Source: an uncultured Chlamydiae bacterium
Lineage (GTDB): Bacteria; Chlamydiota; Chlamydiia; Chlamydiales; SM23-39
Direction of reading: 5' to 3'
Assembly: GCA_903893545.1 (NCBI GenBank)
Contig: CAITMJ010000009.1
Coordinates: 299,045-363,044 of the forward strand
DNA length: 64,000 bases
A program made the translations under genes and the position numbers. Of this stretch, positions 54,538-63,343 are shown piece after piece (the stretch's first letter is position 1; every line of letters starts with the position of its first letter). Below the pieces are notes generated by a model. The model was given only the letters and a program-made list of their open reading frames with translations. It did not search any database and was not told the DNA's origin.

Positions 54538-55137
54538 TTATCGAGAAGAAAAAACGAAAACACTGTCGTCTTCTTTCTCGTCGTTTGTTTGGCCTGAAGT
54601 AGGCGCTGTAGAAATAGCAGGTGTAGACGATTTACGAGCGACAGGAGAGAAGGAGAAAATATCATCATCGTTCGATCGACTAGACATAGGCGACTCTGTC
54701 GCGCAAATAATCGGCATCGTTGCCGGATTTGGCAACTGATACTTTGGCAATTTCGGCACTGCTAAAAACCAACCCTTTTGGACAGCTGGAGGGGTTGTAA
54801 TCAGGTTGCTCTGATTGAGTGGAGAAGCCGTTGAAAAATCAAATTTTCGCTCAGGAGGAATCATCACCTGAAGAGCAATTGTAGAGACTTTCTCGCTAAC
54901 AGTTGTAGACTGTGAACGATCTGTTCTTTCAAATTTAAAGAAAGTTTTACTATCATCGATTCGAAGCGGCTTGATGAGCGTGGCCCTCGGAGACTTAATG
55001 CCCCCTCTATTATCGGCTTTCTGTTGATTCGGATTTGCAATAGTTATAGCGCTTGTTGCCCTATCAGAATCCTGCTGACCCTGTGGCGGATGGACTAAAA
55101 CACTATATTCAGAACTAGCTCGAAGGCGAGACAGCAT
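54538..55137 (-). CDS. Hypothetical Ser/Thr/Pro-rich protein (orphan)
   Basis: A strong RBS, TAAGGAG, sits 7 nt upstream of the ATG. The composition is low-complexity and S/T/P-rich. It is flanked by an extremely AT-rich spacer and followed by a terminator. Confidence 0.6.
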   Translation of the reverse strand: MLSRLRASSEYSVLVHPPQGQQDSDRATSAITIANPNQQKADNRGGIKSPRATLIKPLRIDDSKTFFKFERTDRSQSTTVSEKVSTIALQVMIPPERKFDFSTASPLNQSNLITTPPAVQKGWFLAVPKLPKYQLPNPATMPIICATESPMSSRSNDDDIFSFSPVARKSSTPAISTAPTSGQTNDEKEDDSVFVFSSR

Positions 55138-55207
55138 AAAAATCTCCTTAAAATAATTTATTAAGACTATATTATAATAATATTAAGAATTAAAAACAAT
55201 AGTATAA

Positions 55208-55492
55208 TTAATTTTTGACTAACTTTGAATCTATCTCGTCAAAGTCAAATTGACAATCATCCGATGAAGTTGTTTTTTTAACAGGAGAGAAAATACGCTG
55301 CTGGATAGAGCGCATGCGTGGATCTGTCTGCTGTGTTAAATCTTTTTTTAAATTCGGAAGACTACCATAGTACTTAAGCCTGATCGACTTAGCCGAAACC
55401 TCTGCATCGGAGGTCGGCGTCATAGGTAATGACTGAGAACGCTGTAACGGGGGCATAGGCTCAAACATGAGCAAAATTTTAACCCCTGTCAA
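55208..55492 (-). CDS. Hypothetical small protein (orphan)
   Basis: This is an ORF-only call. The listed start is a TTG 2 nt after the upstream stop, and an ATG alternative lies at 55468. No family was recognised. Confidence 0.35.
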   Translation of the reverse strand: MTGVKILLMFEPMPPLQRSQSLPMTPTSDAEVSAKSIRLKYYGSLPNLKKDLTQQTDPRMRSIQQRIFSPVKKTTSSDDCQFDFDEIDSKLVKN

Positions 55493-55494
55493 AA

Positions 55495-56670
55495 TTAAAA
55501 TCCATAATTAAGATCGAATTCCCAGTAGTGGGTCCGTTCCTTGGCGAACTGACCTTCTAGGGAGTATCCGTGGTGGAAACCTACAAACAGCCTTAGCTTC
55601 CGGCCGATCCCCTGCAGCTTAGACAGCTCATAGCCAAAGCGATAAGTGCCGTCAAAGTTCCAATTGAGCTGTTGCAAATTGCGCCAGTGGAGCGCCAAAA
55701 AGAGCGTTCCATAGAGTTTTTGATAGTACGATTTATGACCCAAAAAGCGGGCTTCCGTGCCGTAATCGATATACATCGGCTTCCATAAGTAGGTTGGATC
55801 GCTATGCACAATAGCCCCCGGCACCGCATAAAAGCGGATTGCTTCTGAGGCCTGATAAGAAGCTGCAAACTCTACGTATTCATTACTTGGATTGACTCGG
55901 ACTACATCTGGGTGGTTTACCATGTATTCATCCCCTAAGTGGCCAGAGATATGATAAACTCTAAAGCGGAACGACCATTTATCTTTTGCATACGTGAGAG
56001 GAATCCCTACATAAAAGTCCGTATTGACCAGCTCTGTGCCGCCGCCGACATTTGGGTTGGGGTTTAAGTTAAATACAGACCAAATGCCAGACTCGATCCC
56101 GATCTGCATATCTCCGCCGTAGAATAAATCGATCCAACGATAGACTGCAAAATCATCGCCCAAAGCGATATTTGCCGTTTGAGGGCCGATCACTTTGTCC
56201 CCTGCTCGGTATCCGAGAATATAAGTCACATTTCGAGGATCTGCAACGAGCGGCTGAAAGAGTTCCGTCATCTGTGGAAACCAGACGCCTGTCGTCTGCG
56301 GCCGGCGCACATATTTCTCTCTTAGCTCTTCATCTTCTGGGGGCACTCCTTCAAGAACATAGACCTCTTGAACTCCTGGCACATCCTTGATGAATGCAAT
56401 CATGGATTTTTCGAGCATTTTATTTTTCGGTAGATTCGCCAGCCAAACCTTGCGTTTTTTCACGATCACGATGACTTTGTATTCGGCGTAATGCATATCG
56501 ATCAAAGCTTGCAAATACCCTTCGAAATAAGGGTCTGTCGCATATTTGACTTCTGCCGGCAGTCCATCGGTGCGCGTCATGAAGACGGCAACCTCTTCTT
56601 TGTCTTTATTTTCCTCTTCTGCAAAGAGCAAAGAGCCGAGTAAAGAGAATGCAAGAACAAAAGGGCGCAT
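55495..56670 (-). CDS. Putative outer-membrane beta-barrel protein with N-terminal BON-like domain
   Basis: The signal peptide is MRPFVLAFSLLGSLLFA. A BON-like segment follows (YLQALIDMHY...VWLANLPKNKMLEKSMIAFIKDVPGVQEV). The C-terminal two-thirds has alternating aromatic/Gly strands and ends in the terminal aromatic signature LNYGF. Confidence 0.6.
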   Translation of the reverse strand: MRPFVLAFSLLGSLLFAEEENKDKEEVAVFMTRTDGLPAEVKYATDPYFEGYLQALIDMHYAEYKVIVIVKKRKVWLANLPKNKMLEKSMIAFIKDVPGVQEVYVLEGVPPEDEELREKYVRRPQTTGVWFPQMTELFQPLVADPRNVTYILGYRAGDKVIGPQTANIALGDDFAVYRWIDLFYGGDMQIGIESGIWSVFNLNPNPNVGGGTELVNTDFYVGIPLTYAKDKWSFRFRVYHISGHLGDEYMVNHPDVVRVNPSNEYVEFAASYQASEAIRFYAVPGAIVHSDPTYLWKPMYIDYGTEARFLGHKSYYQKLYGTLFLALHWRNLQQLNWNFDGTYRFGYELSKLQGIGRKLRLFVGFHHGYSLEGQFAKERTHYWEFDLNYGF

Positions 56671-56685
56671 AGAAACCTATGTGTA

Positions 56686-57954
56686 CTAAAGCCCTTCTAT
56701 ATCTGTCCGCCCTTTTTCTGCGAAAGAAATTCTTTTTAAAAGAAATGCGCCGCTATAAAAACAAAACGCGCCGCCAAGACAAAGAACTTGAATAGGCCCA
56801 ACCGTTACTGCAAGCAAACTCCCTATCCCGGGCCCGATCGTCCCTCGAAGGCCGGCCATCACCACATTGACCCCGGTATAGCGAGAGCTCTCCTCTTTGC
56901 CAGCAAATAGTGGCCCTGACAGGTTCCACACTAAATGACTGCCGCCCTGCCCCACCCCGTATAAAAAATAGGCGACATAAAACCAAAAGAGGCCAAATGG
57001 TGAAAATGCGAGCAGTACCGGGAAAAGCCCCATCGATAAAAATACCGCGCTAGAGATCTTCAAAATCGGCGTTTCCTTGAACCACCGAGCCCAGATAGGA
57101 GAGCTAAGAGCAAACCCGAGGCCCTTCGCAACCGAGATTGCTGCGGCCATCTCCATATAGCTGACCCCCAGCCAATCGACGGCTAAAAGAGGCAGGGCCG
57201 GCTGGATGAGCATCACGCCAAAGCCGCAGAGCATAAAACCCCACTGAAATAACGAAAAGTCTGGGCGGCTGCGCATCAGCTCTAAGCTATCGCGCCAAGG
57301 CCTCACCACCAACTCTTTTAATGTCGGCCTTATCGCCTCTTTTTCAGGTACATCTTCAACCTTGACCCTTGAAAGGACCCCGAGCGCCACCATTCCCACA
57401 AGCGCTGCTCCGAAAAACAAAAATTTCCAAAGCCCCGGTTCCTTATCTAACACCCCGCCCATGCCAAGAGAGAGTATGACCCCCTCAACATAAGCAAACG
57501 TCGCGCTCCAAGAAAAAACCCGCTCTCGCTTCCCCTCTTTTAGGTTCCGTTTCAAGATCTCGAGCCACGCTGGAGCCCCTGCCCTGTAAAAGAACATATA
57601 ATTGACGGCGGCAAAGATCACATACCAGATGCTGTCCATCCAAGGACAGAGCAAAAAAGGCGCCCGCATCAAAAAGCCGGCCCACATGGCATTCGACTTC
57701 AGCTTCCCGCCCCGTCCTTGCAACCCTGCGCTCCAATAGAACGACAAAATCGTGACAAGGGGTTTTAGCGTCATGAGAAGAGAGATCGCAAACGCGGACG
57801 CGCCGAGATCCTTATATAAGATAAAACTCAAAAACCCATAGAGCGTAAAAAGAGGCTCATTGAGTAAATTCGTCCATAATAGAGCGAGGCTGGTCTGTTT
57901 TTGCCGCGCATGGTCATCGATCCCATCTTTCATGGCCAATAATGATACCCTCAA
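56686..57954 (-). CDS. Major-facilitator-type multi-pass membrane transporter
   Basis: The 422-aa protein has about 12 hydrophobic helices in a 6+6 layout with a central charged loop. The substrate is unknown. Confidence 0.6.
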   Translation of the reverse strand: MRVSLLAMKDGIDDHARQKQTSLALLWTNLLNEPLFTLYGFLSFILYKDLGASAFAISLLMTLKPLVTILSFYWSAGLQGRGGKLKSNAMWAGFLMRAPFLLCPWMDSIWYVIFAAVNYMFFYRAGAPAWLEILKRNLKEGKRERVFSWSATFAYVEGVILSLGMGGVLDKEPGLWKFLFFGAALVGMVALGVLSRVKVEDVPEKEAIRPTLKELVVRPWRDSLELMRSRPDFSLFQWGFMLCGFGVMLIQPALPLLAVDWLGVSYMEMAAAISVAKGLGFALSSPIWARWFKETPILKISSAVFLSMGLFPVLLAFSPFGLFWFYVAYFLYGVGQGGSHLVWNLSGPLFAGKEESSRYTGVNVVMAGLRGTIGPGIGSLLAVTVGPIQVLCLGGAFCFYSGAFLLKRISFAEKGRTDIEGL

Positions 57955-58090
57955 TCCCCCATTTTTCCCACCAATCCTTTAGGGGGCTCACTACCAACCT
58001 CTTATAATTGTAAGTAAACTATTTGCTACTGACAAATTATTCATCGGATTGCGCTTTTAGAGGGAGTCGGCAGACGCTAAAAAAGGCACA

Positions 58091-58119
58091 TCGCCAAAAA
58101 TAACATTCCGGCATATAAT
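58091..58119 (+). promoter_or_regulatory. Candidate sigma70-type promoter of the tRNA(CAT) gene
   Basis: TATAAT at 58114-58119 lies 13 nt upstream of the mature tRNA 5' end. TCGCCA (4/6 match to TTGACA) lies 17 nt further upstream. Confidence 0.3.
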
Positions 58120-58132
58120 TGACTTTTTAATC

Positions 58133-58205
58133 GGGGCAATAGCTCAGTGGTTAGAGCAGCGGACTCATAACCCGTAGGTCCACAGTTCAAGTCTGTGTTG
58201 CCCCA
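58133..58205 (+). tRNA. tRNA with CAT anticodon (elongator Met, or Ile2 if lysidine-modified)
   Basis: The sequence is GGGGCAATAGCTCAGTGGTTAGAGCAGCGGACTCATAACCCGTAGGTCCACAGTTCAAGTCTGTGTTGCCCCA. It has a perfect 7-bp acceptor stem, a 5-bp T stem and anticodon loop CTCATAA. There is one A-C mismatch at 31:39. The D-arm and T-loop resemble E. coli ileX (from memory), so its identity is ambiguous. Confidence 0.88.
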
Positions 58206-58373
58206 CATTTCTTTCCGAGTTTATCGCACTAAAAATGAACTGGTTATGCAACAGCATCAAAACCAGCCCAAATTGCGATTTCTCTCCGTGGACCATTTGT
58301 GGACCACTCGCTTACAACAATTGGCGATAACCCCAGCAGCTAACCTTTGAAAACTAAAACCAAAGGTAGCTTC

Positions 58374-59441
58374 ATGAAAGGCATCGACAAACGCACCCAC
58401 AAAGACGGGACGATCTCCTACCGCGCCCGAGTTCGAATCAAGGGACATCCAGTCCTCATCCAATCGTTCGCGTCCAAAACCCTCGCGACGAAATGGAAGC
58501 GCGACACCGAATCAGCTGTTGAACAAGGCAAATATGCATATGACAAACCTGGAAGCAAACATACTCTTGCCGACCTCGTCGATCGCTATATTGAAAGAGT
58601 CTTACCCACCAAACCCAAGAACGCCCGCAATGTGCACCAACACCTTCTCTGGTGGAAACAAGAGCTAGGAAGTTACCTCCTCTCAGACATCAAACCTAAT
58701 CTCATCGCTCAAAAACGCGATGATCTTCTTTCAAATCTGACCTGCAAAGGCAAATCACGTTCCCCCACCACTGTAGTTCGCTACCTTGCCAGTTTGTCTC
58801 ATGCCTTCGCTATCGCGGTTAGGGACTGGGAATGGATCCAGGAAAACCCCATCATGAAAATCTCAAAGCCGAAAATTTCCAATGGAAGAACTCGCTTTCT
58901 CAACGATGATGAAAAGGAAAAGCTGCTATTTGCTTGCCGAGAAAGCGAATCAAAAGGACTCTACCCAATTGTTATACTAGCTCTTTCAACTGGCATGAGG
59001 AGAGGCGAAATCATGAATCTCAAATGGGGCGATATAGATTTAGCCCAAGGTTCAATCCTCTTACAAGCCACAAAGAATGGTGAGCGGCGTTTCATTCCTC
59101 TTGTCGGAATAGCTCTAGATCTTTTGCGTTCAAAATACGCCAATCAAAACCTAGGCTCTCTCGTATTTCCTGCTCCACATTCTCCATGTAAACCTATCGA
59201 CATTCGTTCTGCTTGGGAAAGGGCTCTGAGCAAAGCCAATATTTTCAACTTCCGCTTTCATGACCTTCGGCATACGGCCGCTTCCTACTTAGCCATGAAT
59301 CAAGCGAGTCTGCTAGAAATTGGAACTCTGCTTGGCCATAAAACTGTCCAAATGACCAAGCGGTACGCCCATCTCTCCAATGCTCATCTGTATTCCATAA
59401 CATTAACTCTCACCGATAAGTTGTTCAGTAATCAGAAATAA
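58374..59441 (+). CDS. int: Tyrosine recombinase / phage-type integrase
   Basis: It has an N-terminal SAM-like arm/core-binding region. The catalytic residues are in context: MRRGEI (Arg), FHDLRHTAAS (HxxR) and GHKTVQMTKRYAH (His...Tyr). The ATG is at 58374, whereas the listed start at 58347 is a TTG. Confidence 0.9.
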   Translation: MKGIDKRTHKDGTISYRARVRIKGHPVLIQSFASKTLATKWKRDTESAVEQGKYAYDKPGSKHTLADLVDRYIERVLPTKPKNARNVHQHLLWWKQELGSYLLSDIKPNLIAQKRDDLLSNLTCKGKSRSPTTVVRYLASLSHAFAIAVRDWEWIQENPIMKISKPKISNGRTRFLNDDEKEKLLFACRESESKGLYPIVILALSTGMRRGEIMNLKWGDIDLAQGSILLQATKNGERRFIPLVGIALDLLRSKYANQNLGSLVFPAPHSPCKPIDIRSAWERALSKANIFNFRFHDLRHTAASYLAMNQASLLEIGTLLGHKTVQMTKRYAHLSNAHLYSITLTLTDKLFSNQK

Positions 59442-59550
59442 TCATAAATTTTTAATTAAAAACACATTACTGATTATTTAGCAACAAACAGAAAGTGTAA
59501 CGAAAACAATAAATATGCTAGACTAGCTGGAACTTAAATAAGCTTTCTAA

Positions 59551-62500
59551 ATGAAAAAAAATGATTTAACACTGGTTCGACCAGATCTAGCATCACAGAT
59601 TCATCCTCACAAAAATCTAAGCTTATCGACTAAAACTATTTCGTCAAAATATACAGGAGCAATCTGGTGGATTTGTGACAAGGGACATGAATGGAAAGAA
59701 TCCCCATACAATAGATGTAAGCAAACTGACTCTAGTTGTAAATTTTGCAAATTTTCGTTGGCATCCACTCATCCTAAACTTCTAAATTTATGGCATCCTA
59801 CAAAAAATACTGATTGTTCTCCTTACACAATAACAGCAAAAACTCATAAGAAAATTTGGTGGAAATGCCCTATTGCCGATGAACATGAATGGGAAGCTCC
59901 ACCATACAATGTTGCAAGACCAAAAAATACAACCGGATGCCCTATTTGCAGAGGATTTAAAGTTATCAAGTCTAATTGTCTTGCCACAACGCACCCAGAC
60001 GTAGCCTCTGAATGGGATCATGTAAAGAATGAGTCCCTGACTCCATATGACGTCACTGCTGGCAGCGGACGCAAAGTCCATTGGAAATGCGCTAATGGAG
60101 TAGATCATACATGGATTGCTCCTGTAGGCGCCCGTACTTCTCGATCAGAAAAAAAACACGGCAAATGTCCATTCTGTCAGGGACAAAGAGTTGCTTTATC
60201 GAATTGCTTAGCAACGCTTTTCCCAGATATTGCAAAGGAATGGGATCCTGAAGCTAACTCCAATACACCATATGATGTAAGCCCTGGTAGCGGTCAGAAG
60301 GTCGCTTGGGTTTGTAAAATTGATTCTACTCATAAATGGATTACAGCAGTCTCGTCTCGAGCAGGCAGAAGAGATAACACTGGATGTCCTTATTGTAAGG
60401 GCAAAAAGACATCTCCAACAAATTGCTTAGCAGCTCTTTATCCAGATATCGCAAAAGATTGGGATTTTGAGAGCAACTCTATAACTCCCTATGAAGTAAC
60501 AGCCGGTAGTGGCCGAAAAGTAAGTTGGATATGTAAAAAAGACTCATCGCATAAGTGGAAAGCAACAGTAAGTGATCGAGTGCATGGGACAGGATGTCCA
60601 TATTGCCGGGGTCAAAAAGTTGCTTCATCAAATTGTTTAGCTATACTTTACCCAGAGCTTGCTAAAGAATGGGATCCTTCTGCCAATCAAAAAACCCCTT
60701 ACGATGTGACTCCTGGAAGTAACGATAAAATAGTCTGGAGATGTCGAAGGGACCCTTCTCACGTGTGGGAGTCTACAATAAAAAATCGAGTGAAGGGAAG
60801 AGGATGTTCATACTGTAACCTTGGTTGGACAATAGAGAATATTCGCCACTTTGTACAATCTCTAATTCCTTATCTGGATCGAATTTCTCCAGCCGGGCTT
60901 TATGTTCTGTTTCAGCAAAATGGTTTGCTGAGTATTGACAGCCTTAGTAAAGGAAAATCATTTGTGCAAGCTCTTAAAACGGGTCGCTTTCCTAAGGATG
61001 AACTTGAGAAATTTGTCGGCGGTCTTCCTTCCTTAGTAGATCAATTTTTAAATAATCCAGATTCGTCCTTAGAAGATAATTCACAAGCTTCTAGTAATTG
61101 CTTATCTGAAAATGAATTGATATTTGAAGACGACTTCCCAATTGTTGAAACAAAAGATATTTTATCCGCTTTAGACAGCAAACTTTTTTCAAATCTTGAT
61201 AATGAAGCTATTGATTTCTTTATCAAGGAAGCTGTAGCCAAAATTTGGCAACACACCTTTTCTAATGAGACTGAGGCTATTCGGCAACTTGAGCAGTATA
61301 ATAATACTGGTGCCTATCCACAAGAAGTAAAAAAACTTTTTTTATCCGATTATGTAGGTGCAAAAGAATTGCAAATACCTTCTGGATATAACTTTAAAGT
61401 AAATGGAGACATTTCCCCTCCTAATCTAATGCAGCGGTTTACTGCTTATATTGTGAAGTCACGTAGAAGATTAGGAAACTGGTCAGGAACAGGTGCAGGC
61501 AAAACACTATCTGCCATTCTTTCTAGCAGAGTAATCGACGCTCATTTTACTCTTATTTGTTGCCCAAATAATGTAGTGAACGGATGGGAAAATAAGATAG
61601 GAACTATCTACCCAGATAGCATCATTTTTATCAAAGATACTAAGACATCTATACCGCCAAATAAACATGCATACTTGATACTCAACTACGAATTTTTCCA
61701 ACAGCCGCAGTCTGAAAGCAAGCTTAAAGATCTCATAGAACGTCAAAAAATAGACTTCATTGTCATCGATGAAATTCACTACTCAAAACAACGCATTGTC
61801 GAAGACATGTCAAAACGCAAAAAGGTCATTTCAGCACTATTATCAGAAGCTGCGGCTAAAAATGATAACCTCCATGTTTTAGGCATGTCTGCTACTCCAG
61901 TGATTAATAATCTTTTTGAAGGTAAAACGCTGATCGAGCTTATCACTGGCTTTATTCATGATGACTTACGCACCATTCCATCCGTAGGTAATTGCATAGC
62001 ATTATATCAGAAGCTGGTATCAACTGGAATCAGGTGGCTTCCTCGCTATCAACAGAAAATAGATGTAAAAACGATTGAGGTAGATTGCAGTTCTCATCTT
62101 GAACAAATTAAAAATGTTAGCCTGCAAGGTTCTATGGTCGATCTTGAGGCTGTTCTAACTCAAGTAAAGATTCCAATAATTCTAGAAAATCTTAAGCCAA
62201 AAACCATTGTGTATACCCATTATCTCAAAGACATTCTGATTCCATTAAAGGAAGCTATTGAGAATCATGGCTGGAAAACCGCAATTTTTTCAGGTGACGA
62301 TAAAAGCGGCCTAGAAGAATTTATCAAATTTGATGCTGATATTCTGATTGCTTCAAGCTGCCTAGGAACTGGTATTGACGGATTACAGCATGTGTGTAAT
62401 CGAATCATCATCAACACATTGCCCTGGACCCATGCCGAATTTGAGCAATTAAAAGGCAGAATTTATCGACAAGGGCAAAAAAACGATTATGTTGATATCT

Positions 62501-63336
62501 TTGTGCCCCTCACTTACGCGAGTATCAATGGAGAACGGTGGTCTTGGTGTGATTCAAGATGGAATCGTATCCTATTTAAAAAATCAATTGCCGATGCTGC
62601 TGTTGATGGAATCATCCCAGAAGGGCACTTAAGAACTCCTGCTCAGGCATATCAAGATACTATGAACTGGCTAAAGCGGCTGGAAGAAGGTGATTTGCAT
62701 GAGATTGAGCGACGAAAGATTGATCTTCGGCTCTCAGATGAAGTTATCCAAAGGGGCGTAAGGAAGTTTGGCGATTTTTCTAAAATGAATCATCAGTTAA
62801 ATTCTACAAACAGCACTATAACTCATAAAAGATTCCAAAAAAGTCCAGAGGATTGGGAGTATTATCATGCTATGTACCGCGAAGCACGGAAAGAGTGGGC
62901 GATCGTTCCTTATCAAGAAGCAATCAAATGGTGTAAAGCGCGACCTCATCTAGTAATTGGAGATTTTGGCTGTGGAGAGGCATTACTTGCCAAAGAGGTA
63001 GAAAACAAGATTTATTCTTTTGATCATGTAGCGATTAATGAAGATGTCACATCTTGTGATATAGCTCATGTCCCACTAGATGATGACTCTTTGGATGGGG
63101 GAATTTTCTCTCTTTCATTGATGGGAACTAACTACGTAGATTACATAAAAGAGGCTCATCGATGCTTAAAACTCGACGGACACCTTTGGATTGCAGAAGC
63201 AACCTCTCGATTCCAAAATCTTATCGGATTTGAAGATGAACTCGCTAAAATTGGGTTTGATATTGTTCGTATCCAAATAAAAGGCGATTTCACTTTTTTA
63301 CGGGCTATCAAAAGCGATAGACGCTCAATTTCCTAA
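59551..63336 (+). CDS. Giant fusion protein: 6x CxxC zinc-ribbon repeats, linker, SNF2-family ATPase and Rrp8-like (Methyltransf_8-type) SAM methyltransferase
   Basis: Zn-ribbon repeats span aa ~8-423. SNF2 motifs are GTGAGKT (61486-61506), CPNNVVNGW, VIDEIHY (61762-61779), MSATPVINNLFE, SSCLGTGIDGL and QLKGRIYRQGQ (62446-62478). The C-terminus (IGDFGCGEALLA...VTSCDIAHVPLDDDSLDGGIFSLSLMGTNYVDYIKEAHRCLKLDGHLWIAEATSRF) is collinear with eukaryotic Rrp8/NML as recalled from memory. Confidence 0.85.
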   Translation: MKKNDLTLVRPDLASQIHPHKNLSLSTKTISSKYTGAIWWICDKGHEWKESPYNRCKQTDSSCKFCKFSLASTHPKLLNLWHPTKNTDCSPYTITAKTHKKIWWKCPIADEHEWEAPPYNVARPKNTTGCPICRGFKVIKSNCLATTHPDVASEWDHVKNESLTPYDVTAGSGRKVHWKCANGVDHTWIAPVGARTSRSEKKHGKCPFCQGQRVALSNCLATLFPDIAKEWDPEANSNTPYDVSPGSGQKVAWVCKIDSTHKWITAVSSRAGRRDNTGCPYCKGKKTSPTNCLAALYPDIAKDWDFESNSITPYEVTAGSGRKVSWICKKDSSHKWKATVSDRVHGTGCPYCRGQKVASSNCLAILYPELAKEWDPSANQKTPYDVTPGSNDKIVWRCRRDPSHVWESTIKNRVKGRGCSYCNLGWTIENIRHFVQSLIPYLDRISPAGLYVLFQQNGLLSIDSLSKGKSFVQALKTGRFPKDELEKFVGGLPSLVDQFLNNPDSSLEDNSQASSNCLSENELIFEDDFPIVETKDILSALDSKLFSNLDNEAIDFFIKEAVAKIWQHTFSNETEAIRQLEQYNNTGAYPQEVKKLFLSDYVGAKELQIPSGYNFKVNGDISPPNLMQRFTAYIVKSRRRLGNWSGTGAGKTLSAILSSRVIDAHFTLICCPNNVVNGWENKIGTIYPDSIIFIKDTKTSIPPNKHAYLILNYEFFQQPQSESKLKDLIERQKIDFIVIDEIHYSKQRIVEDMSKRKKVISALLSEAAAKNDNLHVLGMSATPVINNLFEGKTLIELITGFIHDDLRTIPSVGNCIALYQKLVSTGIRWLPRYQQKIDVKTIEVDCSSHLEQIKNVSLQGSMVDLEAVLTQVKIPIILENLKPKTIVYTHYLKDILIPLKEAIENHGWKTAIFSGDDKSGLEEFIKFDADILIASSCLGTGIDGLQHVCNRIIINTLPWTHAEFEQLKGRIYRQGQKNDYVDIFVPLTYASINGERWSWCDSRWNRILFKKSIADAAVDGIIPEGHLRTPAQAYQDTMNWLKRLEEGDLHEIERRKIDLRLSDEVIQRGVRKFGDFSKMNHQLNSTNSTITHKRFQKSPEDWEYYHAMYREARKEWAIVPYQEAIKWCKARPHLVIGDFGCGEALLAKEVENKIYSFDHVAINEDVTSCDIAHVPLDDDSLDGGIFSLSLMGTNYVDYIKEAHRCLKLDGHLWIAEATSRFQNLIGFEDELAKIGFDIVRIQIKGDFTFLRAIKSDRRSIS
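59572..60819 (+). repeat. Six tandem ~70-aa coding repeats (zinc-ribbon/treble-clef-like, DUF4379-like)
   Basis: The repeat consensus is NCLA..(Y/F/H)P(D/E)(I/V/L)A.EWD...N..TPY(D/E)V(T/S).GS..KV.W.C....H.W.......R......GCP(Y/F/I)C.G.K. Units start near aa 8, 68, 141, 217, 290 and 360. Confidence 0.8.
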
Positions 63337-63343
63337 CTGGAAA

